Shown: piece by piece, positions 8,959 to 16,920 of the stretch | How positions within the stretch are numbered: the first letter of the stretch is position 1 | Layout of the letters: each line of letters begins with the position of its first letter | Source: Microcoleaceae cyanobacterium | Lineage (GTDB): Bacteria > Cyanobacteriota > Cyanobacteriia > Cyanobacteriales > Microcoleaceae | NCBI GenBank assembly: GCA_051652765.1 | Contig: JBOFUV010000125.1 | Span: forward strand, 1-19,867 | Direction of reading: 5' to 3' | DNA length: 19,867 bases | Position numbers and translations under genes: made by a program | The notes under the pieces: model-generated | Databases searched by the model: none | The model's input: the letters and a program-made list of their open reading frames with translations, nothing else | Told to the model about the DNA's origin: nothing

Positions 8959-10179
8959 GTGTTAGAGGAACGAGATTACTGGGTGAGTTGGTCGCAGCTT
9001 TCAGGGATTGGGCCAATCTCTCTCCAACGTCTAAATCAGCATTTTTCATCCTTAGAATCAGCTTGGACAGCGTCTTCAAAGGATTTACTTGGTGTTGAGG
9101 GGTTTGGCCCACAAACCGTTGAGAAGGTGATTGAACAGCGATCGCAGTTTGATCTTCATTCCTTTCTCAAGCAGCATAGGGAAGCAAATCCCAGCTTTTG
9201 GACACCGGTTGACCCAGATTACCCGCGATTATTGCTAGAAATTCCAACGCCTCCCCCGGTGTTGTACCATCGAGGAACAGTTGAGTCTGCCGAAAATCAA
9301 GGCAAAATTCCTACCGTTGCCATCGTTGGGACTCGCAACCCCACAGACTATGGCCGTCGCTGGACTCGGCGGATCAGTTCAATTCTGGCGAGAAGAGGGT
9401 TCACGGTGGTGTCTGGTATGGCCACTGGAATTGATACCGAGGCCCATCGCAGTTGCCTGGAGGCGGGAGGACGAACCCTGGCGGTGTTCGGCACTGGGAT
9501 TGATATCGTCTATCCCAAAGAAAATCGGGAGCTTTGTCAACAATTACTTCCCCATGGCTTGATCTTGAGTGAATATCCTTCAGGAACTAAGCCCAGTCCG
9601 CAACACTTTCCTAGCCGCAATCGGATTGTTGCAGGTTTGAGTCGGGCGGTGTTTATGATGGAAGCCGGGGAAAAATCAGGGGCTTTGATCACGGCTCAGA
9701 TTGCCAATGATTTCTGTCGAGACGTGTACGTTTTGCCGGGGAGATTGGACGATGAAAAATCCTATGGTTGTTTGAAGCTAATTGATGGAGGAGCCGGAAT
9801 CATTCCGGTCGATTTGGAGAAATTACTGGAGCAATTGGGTGCAATGCCAGGGTTGGACTCGGCCCAGGAGTCTTGGAGAGATTCAGAGCAAGGTTCAGGG
9901 CAAAGCTCGACTCAAACTTCTGGTCAACAGTTGTCGTTGCTCAATTCGGCTCCTGACTCGGCTCAACCTAATTTGAATATCGCGTCGAACGTCGAACGTG
10001 TGCCTTTAGATCCAGAACTGGCAACTGTGTTTGAGATTGTTACCCCTGAACCCATGGCATTTGATTTGATTGTTCAACGCTCAGGGCAAGATGCTGGAAC
10101 TGTTTCAGGTGCTCTGTTACAGCTTGAACTGTTGGGATGGATTACACAACTGCCCGGAATGCGCTATCAGCGAACTTAG
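8959..10179 (+). CDS. dprA: DNA-processing protein DprA (Smf)
   Basis: N-terminal GIGP helix-hairpin, YPRLLLEI..PPPVLY, VAIVGTR, VSGMATGIDTEAH, FPSRNRIVAGLS, EAGEKSGALITA, and a C-terminal winged helix (LLQLELLG.I.QLPG). Confidence 0.96.
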   Translation: MLEERDYWVSWSQLSGIGPISLQRLNQHFSSLESAWTASSKDLLGVEGFGPQTVEKVIEQRSQFDLHSFLKQHREANPSFWTPVDPDYPRLLLEIPTPPPVLYHRGTVESAENQGKIPTVAIVGTRNPTDYGRRWTRRISSILARRGFTVVSGMATGIDTEAHRSCLEAGGRTLAVFGTGIDIVYPKENRELCQQLLPHGLILSEYPSGTKPSPQHFPSRNRIVAGLSRAVFMMEAGEKSGALITAQIANDFCRDVYVLPGRLDDEKSYGCLKLIDGGAGIIPVDLEKLLEQLGAMPGLDSAQESWRDSEQGSGQSSTQTSGQQLSLLNSAPDSAQPNLNIASNVERVPLDPELATVFEIVTPEPMAFDLIVQRSGQDAGTVSGALLQLELLGWITQLPGMRYQRT

Positions 10180-10198
10180 GACTGGTAGCAATTTGCAG

Positions 10199-10276
10199 CT
10201 CAGGTTTACAGGTAAAGTTTGCAGACAGAGTTAATCAATAAGGTTTACAGATAAGGTTTACAGATAAAGTTTACAG
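10199..10276. repeat. 13-nt tandem repeat ATAAGGTTTACAG (3 good and 2 degenerate copies)
   Basis: Good copies at 10238-10250, 10251-10263 and 10264-10276. Degenerate copies at 10199-10211 and 10212-10224. Confidence 0.9.
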
Positions 10277-10277
10277 A

Positions 10278-10319
10278 TGAATAAACCTCCTACGAGATGG
10301 GGAGTCAGACGTTGGAAAT
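10278..10319 (+). repeat. Dispersed ~42-nt element, copy A
   Basis: TGAATAAACCTCCTACGAGATGGGGAGTCAGACGTTGGAAAT matches 13579-13619 at 33 of 42 columns in my hand alignment. Confidence 0.7.
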
Positions 10320-10398
10320 AGGGCATGGGAGCTCAACAAGTCGGGCGAAACCAGTAACAACGGCGGTAGAATACCTGAAGTTAGTCTTGAAATCACCC

Positions 10399-11376
10399 AT
10401 GGATATCAAAAGCGGTTTTGTCGGAGCAGTCGGTAATACTCCGCTCATTCGGCTCAATAGTTTTAGTGAAGCAACTGGATGTGAAATCTTAGGAAAAGCA
10501 GAATTTTTAAATCCAGGCGGCTCTGTCAAAGACCGAGCTGCTTTGTATATGATTCAAGACGCAGAAGCAAAAGGATTGCTCAAACCTGGTGGAACAGTTG
10601 TCGAAGGAACAGCCGGAAATACAGGAATTGGCTTGGCTCATATTTGTAATGCAAAAGGTTATAAGTGCTTAATTATTATTCCTGAAACCCAATCCCAAGA
10701 AAAGATTGAATTATTGAGAACCCTAGGAGCAGAAGTTCGCACAGTTCCTGCTGTTCCCTATCGAGATCCCAATAATTACGTCAAACTTTCTGGCAGAGTT
10801 GCCGCAGAATTGGAGAATGCAATCTGGGCAAATCAGTTTGATAATTTGGCTAATCGGTTAGCTCACTATGAAACCACAGGCCCAGAAATTTGGGAACAAA
10901 CCAATGGAACAGTTGATGCTTGGGTTGCAGCAACGGGAACCGGAGGAACCTTTGCTGGAGTTGCTTTATTCCTAAAAGAAAAGAATCCTCAGATCAAAAC
11001 GGTACTGGCTGATCCCATGGGAAGTGGTCTTTACAGTTATATTAAAACGGGAGAAATTCACCTGGAAGGCAGTTCAATTACCGAAGGAATTGGCAACAGT
11101 CGAGTCACGGCCAACATGGAAAATGTCCCGATTGATGATGCCATTCAAGTCGATGATCAAACAGCAGTTCAAGTTGTCTATCAATTGCTAGAAAAAGATG
11201 GATTATTTATGGGGGGTTCCGTTGGGATTAACGTTGGGGCAGCGGTGGCCCTTGCTCAAACCATGGGGCCGGGTCATACGATTGTCACAGTGTTGTGTGA
11301 TGGTGGAGCGCGGTATCAGTCAAAATTATTTAACAGAGAATTTTTGGTTGAACGAGAACTTTGGCCTGAGGGTTAA
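10399..11376 (+). CDS. cysK: Cysteine synthase (O-acetylserine sulfhydrylase, PLP-dependent)
   Basis: GNTPLIRL, EFLNPGGSVKDR (PLP lysine), TAGNTG, NQF, GTGGT and EGIG. Likely start is the ATG at 10399 (MDIKSGFVG), not 10297. Confidence 0.93.
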   Translation: MDIKSGFVGAVGNTPLIRLNSFSEATGCEILGKAEFLNPGGSVKDRAALYMIQDAEAKGLLKPGGTVVEGTAGNTGIGLAHICNAKGYKCLIIIPETQSQEKIELLRTLGAEVRTVPAVPYRDPNNYVKLSGRVAAELENAIWANQFDNLANRLAHYETTGPEIWEQTNGTVDAWVAATGTGGTFAGVALFLKEKNPQIKTVLADPMGSGLYSYIKTGEIHLEGSSITEGIGNSRVTANMENVPIDDAIQVDDQTAVQVVYQLLEKDGLFMGGSVGINVGAAVALAQTMGPGHTIVTVLCDGGARYQSKLFNREFLVERELWPEG

Positions 11377-11421
11377 TGCATTGGTGATGAGTTATTTTTC
11401 ATTGGTTTTTCATTGGTTTTT

Positions 11422-12054
11422 ATGGCTTTTTCGACTGAATTAATTGCCCTTGCTCACTTCATGGCAGGTGAATTTGAAAATAAAGAACAGGCGATCGCCG
11501 ACCCAGTCTGGTATGTGCATTTACGGCTGTGGAATCGTCCTTTGCCAATTGCAATTTTCTCAGAGAGTATTACTTTATTTGCCGAGCAAGCAAATGTCTT
11601 AACACCCAATCAAGCTTATCGTCCCAGGGTAATTCAACTGTATCAAGCCCCAGAAAATCCTAACTTTTTATCTGCTCAATATTACCTACCAAAAGACTTG
11701 GCTGCTGTGCGAAGTGCGGGGAGTCGCCCTGAACTTCTGAAGCAATTAATATCTGATCAGTTGGAACTTTTACCGACTTGCAAGTTAACTGTTACTTGCC
11801 AATCTTTAGGGCTATCTTCTGGGCAAACAACTTACCGTTTCAAAGCCAATCTTCCTGAAAATACTTATTGTAATTTTAATTATCAAGGTCAAAATTATCA
11901 GGTTGATCTAGGATTTGAAGCGAGTCCCGATGTATTCCTCAGTTTTGATCGCGGTATTGATCCAAAGACAGAAAAAGCAATCTGGGGTGCTCTTCTCGGG
12001 CCTTATCGGTTTATTAAAGGTCAAGATTTTAGTCATGAAATTCCGAACATTTAA
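11422..12054 (+). CDS. cpcT: CpcT/CpeT-family phycobiliprotein chromophore lyase-like protein (paralog type)
   Basis: GEFENKEQA, HLRLWNRP, EQA...YRPR and S.DRG.D..T....WG..LGPYRF are T-type lyase family hallmarks. It is not in a phycobilisome operon, so orthology to canonical CpcT is uncertain. The ATG at 11422 is preferred. Confidence 0.82.
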   Translation: MAFSTELIALAHFMAGEFENKEQAIADPVWYVHLRLWNRPLPIAIFSESITLFAEQANVLTPNQAYRPRVIQLYQAPENPNFLSAQYYLPKDLAAVRSAGSRPELLKQLISDQLELLPTCKLTVTCQSLGLSSGQTTYRFKANLPENTYCNFNYQGQNYQVDLGFEASPDVFLSFDRGIDPKTEKAIWGALLGPYRFIKGQDFSHEIPNI

Positions 12055-12109
12055 GGACTGTTGTCCGTAAACTAAAATATAGTTGTTAACTAATTTCTAT
12101 TAACTGATC

Positions 12110-13540
12110 TTACAGGCGAGAATTGGTAATGAGTTCCCATTTCTCAAACCATCTTTCCTGAACTTTATCACTCATCAACGTAATTTCTGCCCGCTCTAAG
12201 TTGGGTGGCATTAACCGTTCAATGCCATACAATGCCATCGGTCGGCCTGTCATTAATACACGATGTTGACGCTCGGGGATTTCAGCACAACGCTGTTGAA
12301 ATAGAGCCGCTTGTTCTAAGAATTGCTTCAAATCATTGCTGGCTCCTCGCTCTAGAATTAACTCATCAAAGCCATCCAGCAAAAATAAAAAGCGAGTATT
12401 ACAATCCGTCAACCAACCGCGATCGCTCTTCACAAAATCCCAGCCAATCACATTTTCTAAAGTCTTTTCAAAGCTCGCATCGAAGGCCCGAATATCTCGC
12501 AGGCGAACCAAAATTGGAGTATAAATGGGATGTAATTCCTGTCGTACCCAATCGGCAAACATTCGGCAAAACGTACTTTTCCCGCGCCCAGGGCCACCCT
12601 GAATAAAGATTACTTGACCGTGTTTGCGCTCATCGAACAGAATCGTTTTTGCCCACGCTTCAATATCTTGAGGTTCAGCGTTTTGATCGATTTCGCCATC
12701 GGAATTAACCGACTTTACTTCCATTGGCACATAAATCTGACGAAAGGTTAACTGACTATTAAAAACTGTACGATTGGGTTTTTTGGCGATCGCTTCTTGA
12801 AGATAATGATCAATACTTTGATAAGTTTCTAAGTCTTGTAGCCATCCCTCTCCATAGATTGCAGCTAATTTTGGTGCAGAATCCTTGACTTGGGCAACGG
12901 CTTCTTTCATATAACGATGAGTTTGGCGAGAAATCCGTTCAGTCACTCGTTGGGCTACATCATCTGCCAAACCAGACTCTTGAAATCTGACGAATAGGAT
13001 GCTATTGAATACCTTTGCTAGCGGAGAATTATGGAAACAATTCAAGGTTTTCTGGGCAAGTTGATCCTCAAATTGGATAGGCTGACCCTCAAATTCTACG
13101 ATTTCTCCCAACCGTCTAATTTGTCTTATTACAGGTTCTGAAGCAGGGGTTTCTCTCAATGCCAATTCAGGATGTTGCTGCAAAAATTGTCGCAAACTTT
13201 CCAGATAAGCAACTTGGGCCACAAGCTGAACGGAATCTGCGAGGGAGGGTTCTCTCTGGGTTTGTTTGGCAAGGTAATTGAGGATGCCTGTAGCAATAGG
13301 CACAAAGGGTAGGGCTGAACTTACCACTTGCATCAAGGGCGAGTTTAAGACCTCGAGCAAAGAATCCAGGTTTTCGAGGAGGGGTTTGAGTTCACTGGCG
13401 CTCTTATTTTCGTTGAGGGCTTTTGCTAAGTCTGAGACTGTCTTGGCAGCTTCAGTTCCCCCCTTAACGGTTTCGGAGGGGGAGAGCTTGATCTCAGTAT
13501 TCAGGATATCCCAAACGTTGCGCCAGAGTTTCCCTGCCAT
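12110..13540 (-). CDS. NACHT-family (STAND) NTPase with N-terminal helical domain, apparently C-terminally truncated (possible pseudogene)
   Basis: Pre-NACHT IYVP motif, Walker A GGPGRGKS, Walker B FLFLLDGFDEL and sensor-1-like VLMTGRP. The ORF stops about 45 aa after sensor 1, with no recognisable helical, winged-helix or repeat domain. Confidence 0.85.
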   Translation of the reverse strand: MAGKLWRNVWDILNTEIKLSPSETVKGGTEAAKTVSDLAKALNENKSASELKPLLENLDSLLEVLNSPLMQVVSSALPFVPIATGILNYLAKQTQREPSLADSVQLVAQVAYLESLRQFLQQHPELALRETPASEPVIRQIRRLGEIVEFEGQPIQFEDQLAQKTLNCFHNSPLAKVFNSILFVRFQESGLADDVAQRVTERISRQTHRYMKEAVAQVKDSAPKLAAIYGEGWLQDLETYQSIDHYLQEAIAKKPNRTVFNSQLTFRQIYVPMEVKSVNSDGEIDQNAEPQDIEAWAKTILFDERKHGQVIFIQGGPGRGKSTFCRMFADWVRQELHPIYTPILVRLRDIRAFDASFEKTLENVIGWDFVKSDRGWLTDCNTRFLFLLDGFDELILERGASNDLKQFLEQAALFQQRCAEIPERQHRVLMTGRPMALYGIERLMPPNLERAEITLMSDKVQERWFEKWELITNSRL

Positions 13541-13578
13541 TATTTATTGATCTCACCAATTCAAAATTCAGGTTTATC

Positions 13579-13619
13579 TGAATAGACCTCCAACACAATG
13601 GGAGTCAGATGTAGGGAAT
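13579..13619 (+). repeat. Dispersed ~42-nt element, copy B
   Basis: TGAATAGACCTCCAACACAATGGGAGTCAGATGTAGGGAAT, in the same orientation as copy A at 10278-10319. Confidence 0.7.
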
Positions 13620-13654
13620 GGAGGCTAAATCAGCAAAAATAGTTATCAATCAAA

Positions 13655-13999
13655 CTAAAACGGTAACGGGTGAATGATGTCATAGGTTGCGTGAGCTGAG
13701 CTTGCAGCATCAGGGGTTGGCGCTTGAGCGCGGAAGAACGACAAGAGGTTACTGAAGAAAGAGCCAAAGTGCGCGTTACTGCCTTCTCGGGATGCCGTAG
13801 GCGCTAGATGATTTAATGTTAGGGGCATTGGGTCAGTTTCCCAACTGCTGCCACCCCCCATTGAGTGAAACATCATTAAACCAGAGTAAGCTGAGTTGGA
13901 AGATTGACTCATAACTTGATATTGGTTCATAACTTGATATTGGTTTATGGCTTGATATTGGTTTATAACTTGATGTTGTGCAGAAGTCCGTAAATTCAT
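13655..13999 (-). CDS. Hypothetical small protein with N-terminal (I/M)NQYQ(A/V) hexapeptide repeats
   Basis: 114-aa ATG ORF filling an otherwise empty gap, co-oriented with the NACHT gene. No recognisable domain; the start could be a later Met. Confidence 0.5.
   Translation of the reverse strand: MNLRTSAQHQVINQYQAINQYQVMNQYQVMSQSSNSAYSGLMMFHSMGGGSSWETDPMPLTLNHLAPTASREGSNAHFGSFFSNLLSFFRAQAPTPDAASSAHATYDIIHPLPF
13911..13980. repeat. 18-nt tandem repeat ATAACTTGATATTGGTT(C/T) x~4
   Basis: Units start at 13911, 13929, 13947 and 13965, in frame within the 114-aa ORF. Confidence 0.9.
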
Positions 14000-14287
14000 T
14001 GACTCAATCTCATAGTTTATATCTTAATCATCCTTAATTCTACTGACAAAAAGTATACAGACTATTACAGTTGTGAAGTTGGCTCAGTCAATGACGATTC
14101 TTCCCAGAGTTATACTGATGTTTGGCGGTTATCTCCGACTCAAAATAACCTCTAATAGAGCCAGTTGAATTTCCTGCACAATTGCGTCTGGGAAATTGAA
14201 AAGATTCATCCAGAAGAGTGGCCAAGGAACAATTGGTGTAAATACTATACTGTGTTCTAACCAATTGCCTTTAATCACCTAACGCAG

Positions 14288-15397
14288 ATGAGTGCAACGG
14301 AATTTGAGATAAAAATGATGGATCGATGCCTGGAGTTGGCACAGAGTGCCCTAGGGAAAACCTCCCCCAACCCTCTGGTGGGCTGTGTTGTTGTACAGGC
14401 AGAACAGATTGTGGGAGAGGGGTTTCATCCTCGGGCTGGGGAACCTCATGCAGAAGTTTTCGCCATCCAGAATGCCGGAGAACAGGTCAAGGGATCAACG
14501 GTGTATGTTAATCTTGAACCCTGCAATCACTATGGACGCACGCCTCCTTGTACTGAAACCTTGATTCAAGCTGAAGTGGCTCGGGTCGTTGTGGGAATGG
14601 TCGATCCAAATCCGTTGGTAGCAGGACAGGGAATTCAGCGGTTACGGGATGCTGGGATTGAAGTCACTGTTGGGGTTGCCGAGGAGTCTTGTCAACGTTT
14701 GAATGAGGGGTTTGTGCATCGCATCTTGCATCACCAACCCCTAGGAATTTTGAAATATGCCATCACCCTTGACGGGAAAATTGCTACCCGAACAGGACAT
14801 AGTGCTTGGGTGACTGGTTCAGAGGCTCGGCAGTATGTGCATCATTTGCGGGTGGGTTGCGATGCGGTGATTGTCGGCGGGAACACCGTTCGACGGGATA
14901 ATCCATCCTTGACAACCCATGGCGTTGGGGAACCGAATCCCCTGCGCGTGGTGATGAGCCGAACGTTGAATTTGCCCCCTGAAGCCAACCTGTGGAATAC
15001 TGGCGAGGCTCCAACCCTGGTGTTCACAGAATGGGGAATTCGTCCAGAGATGCAACGCCTGCTCGAACAAAAAGGCGTTGGTGTGGTTGAGTTGTCCCCG
15101 CTGAACCCCAAGACGGTGATGACCCACCTCTATCAACGCCAGTGTCTGTCGGTACTGTGGGAATGTGGTGGAGCCTTGTCAGCCCAGGCGATCGCAGCGG
15201 GGACAGTCCAGAAAGTGCTAGCCTTTATTGCTCCCAAAATTATTGGCGGGCGGCTTGCGCCCTCCCCCGTTGGAGAACTCGGCTTTCAGGAGATGACCCA
15301 GGCACTCTCTCTAGAAAGAGTTCAACTGCATCGAATTGGATCGGATTTTTTGATTGAAGGATATCTGCCAGCTTTCGGCCAGAACAGTCAGAAATAA
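14288..15397 (+). CDS. ribD: Bifunctional riboflavin biosynthesis deaminase/reductase RibD
   Basis: Deaminase motifs PNPLVG, HAE and LEPCNH.GRTPPC. Reductase motifs KYAITLDGKIAT, VGGNTVRRDNP.LT, ECGG and APKIIGG. Confidence 0.97.
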   Translation: MSATEFEIKMMDRCLELAQSALGKTSPNPLVGCVVVQAEQIVGEGFHPRAGEPHAEVFAIQNAGEQVKGSTVYVNLEPCNHYGRTPPCTETLIQAEVARVVVGMVDPNPLVAGQGIQRLRDAGIEVTVGVAEESCQRLNEGFVHRILHHQPLGILKYAITLDGKIATRTGHSAWVTGSEARQYVHHLRVGCDAVIVGGNTVRRDNPSLTTHGVGEPNPLRVVMSRTLNLPPEANLWNTGEAPTLVFTEWGIRPEMQRLLEQKGVGVVELSPLNPKTVMTHLYQRQCLSVLWECGGALSAQAIAAGTVQKVLAFIAPKIIGGRLAPSPVGELGFQEMTQALSLERVQLHRIGSDFLIEGYLPAFGQNSQK

Positions 15398-15460
15398 CCT
15401 ACTTGACTTCGGCAATCCATTCTAAACTAGGGATGAAGTGCCAGCGATTGAGAACATCTG

Positions 15461-16069
15461 ATGGAGATCGTTTTTCTCAGCCTGTTGGTGAGTAGCCTGG
15501 GAGTTGAAGCTGTACTCTTGGGCAGTTGGCTCTATGCCTATCAGATCAACCTGGAAGATCAATTTGAGGAGGAGGAGACGTTGACCCGGCACGAGTCACC
15601 TAATAAACCATCCACTTTAGCCCAGTCTTCCCCGGCTGAAGTTCCCGGCGGCCTTCAAGACGGAACCCCCCCTGAGTCAGACTGGGAGTACAAAATCGTT
15701 CGAGCCAATCGAGATCTGTTTCGCAATCCCGCTGTGTTTCAAAAGCTGTGTCGAGAGGAGGCGGAAGTGGGTTGGATCTTATTAGAAAAATTGGATGATC
15801 GGCGCGTTCGGTTCAGACGACCAATTAGCACCCTCGAACAAATGAGTTCGGAACTGCCGCGCTTTGATCCCTATCGTTCCTACTATGGATCTTCTGTAAA
15901 CTTCACGTCTTGGTTAGCAGCCTTGGCATTTTTAATTGCAATTGTACTACCTGCTTATTTAGGATTTGCCCTCGTATCTGCTACTCTGAATGGATCTGGA
16001 GGCTTCCCAAAGACTCCTCCGCTCAGTCCTGACCCGGTTGAGGGTAATTCAGGACAGCCTGAGGAATGA
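15461..16069 (+). CDS. Hypothetical membrane protein (WEYK...GW.L core, DUF4177-like)
   Basis: N-terminal and C-terminal hydrophobic segments flank WEYKIVRA...EEAEVGWILLEKLDD..RF.RP. The family assignment is from motif memory only. Confidence 0.75.
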   Translation: MEIVFLSLLVSSLGVEAVLLGSWLYAYQINLEDQFEEEETLTRHESPNKPSTLAQSSPAEVPGGLQDGTPPESDWEYKIVRANRDLFRNPAVFQKLCREEAEVGWILLEKLDDRRVRFRRPISTLEQMSSELPRFDPYRSYYGSSVNFTSWLAALAFLIAIVLPAYLGFALVSATLNGSGGFPKTPPLSPDPVEGNSGQPEE

Positions 16070-16242
16070 GAATTAAATCACTCCTGAAATTTTGTGATCA
16101 AGCATCTTGCCTGACTGAAATGGCTAGGACAGCTATCCTCTAACTCATAACCCTTTTAACGTTGAATCTTAGTTGAAACTCGGTTAAAACTCGGCTTAAC
16201 CTTGGCTTAATCTTTAAGTCTCAGTTTGACATTGCTTAACTG

Positions 16243-16281
16243 AATCCCTGATCACAATTCCTAATCACAATTCCTAATCAC
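16243..16281. repeat. 13-nt tandem repeat AATTCCTAATCAC x3 overlapping a stop codon
   Basis: Units at 16243 (degenerate), 16256 and 16269. The last contains the minus-strand TAG at 16274-16276. Confidence 0.9.
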
Positions 16282-16792
16282 ACAGATCAAACTGCGCCAA
16301 CTCCTTTGGTAAAACTGAAGCATTGGGAACGGTGGCTCCTTTGGGCGCAAAGATGCCGAGACCGAAAACACACCCCCCCTCAGTTGAGCAGTTTGCCATT
16401 TTCAACCGCAGTTCATACCGTTCTGTGTAGGGAGGTTCGAATGTCAGGACTGAAAGGTCATCCTGCTCGGATCTCAGTTCCTCTCCGGCCAGGGTATTCA
16501 CGCTCAAACCGACATCACTACAGTTTTCATCACAATAACCAACAAAAACGTACTCGACGGAGGGATCGAGCAGAATTGTCAGAGGGGCACTAACCTGAGC
16601 AGGCCCCTTTCGGACAACAGGCCAAAATGCCAGATCATACCCGTCTTTTCCGGCCTCTTCAGCAACGTCTCTGAGTTTGCAGACGACCGCTTTTTCCTCC
16701 GCACTCAGTTCACGAGCGACAGCAGTTCCAAATAAGGACATGCCCAAGAGGAGAACAATTCCAGACCAGGTGAACAAGTGTGTGCGTTTCAT
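16274..16792 (-). CDS. Hypothetical secreted Cys-containing protein
   Basis: Signal peptide (MKRTHLF...GTAVA|R) and a beta-rich mature domain with GYCDENCSD and C-x5-C. Confidence 0.8.
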   Translation of the reverse strand: MKRTHLFTWSGIVLLLGMSLFGTAVARELSAEEKAVVCKLRDVAEEAGKDGYDLAFWPVVRKGPAQVSAPLTILLDPSVEYVFVGYCDENCSDVGLSVNTLAGEELRSEQDDLSVLTFEPPYTERYELRLKMANCSTEGGCVFGLGIFAPKGATVPNASVLPKELAQFDLCD

Positions 16793-16920
16793 TGGTAGCT
16801 CTTGAGAAGGGATGATTCAAGCCAGTTCTAATTTGAACACTTGGAGAATATCATATTTTTCCCTAGAAATCTCTGCTGTTTTCATGCTTTAGCAGATTAA
16901 TACTCTGACTCCAGCACGCC

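Noticed and set aside
10297..10398. N-terminal extension of CysK from the ATG at 10297
   Set aside because: That ATG lies inside the dispersed 42-nt element. Family similarity begins at MDIKSGF (10399), and a TAGAAT -10-like hexamer at 10367-10372 lies within the extension.
12055..12109. IS end at the NACHT truncation point
   Set aside because: No partner inverted repeat, target duplication or transposase fragment is visible, so it cannot be supported without a database search.
14050..14252. NtcA boxes between the 114-aa ORF and ribD
   Set aside because: The GTA...TAC pairs have 10-nt and 7-nt spacers, not the required GTA-N8-TAC.
15403..15428. Sigma70 promoter TTGACT...TAAACT before the 202-aa gene
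   Set aside because: The spacer is only 14 nt.
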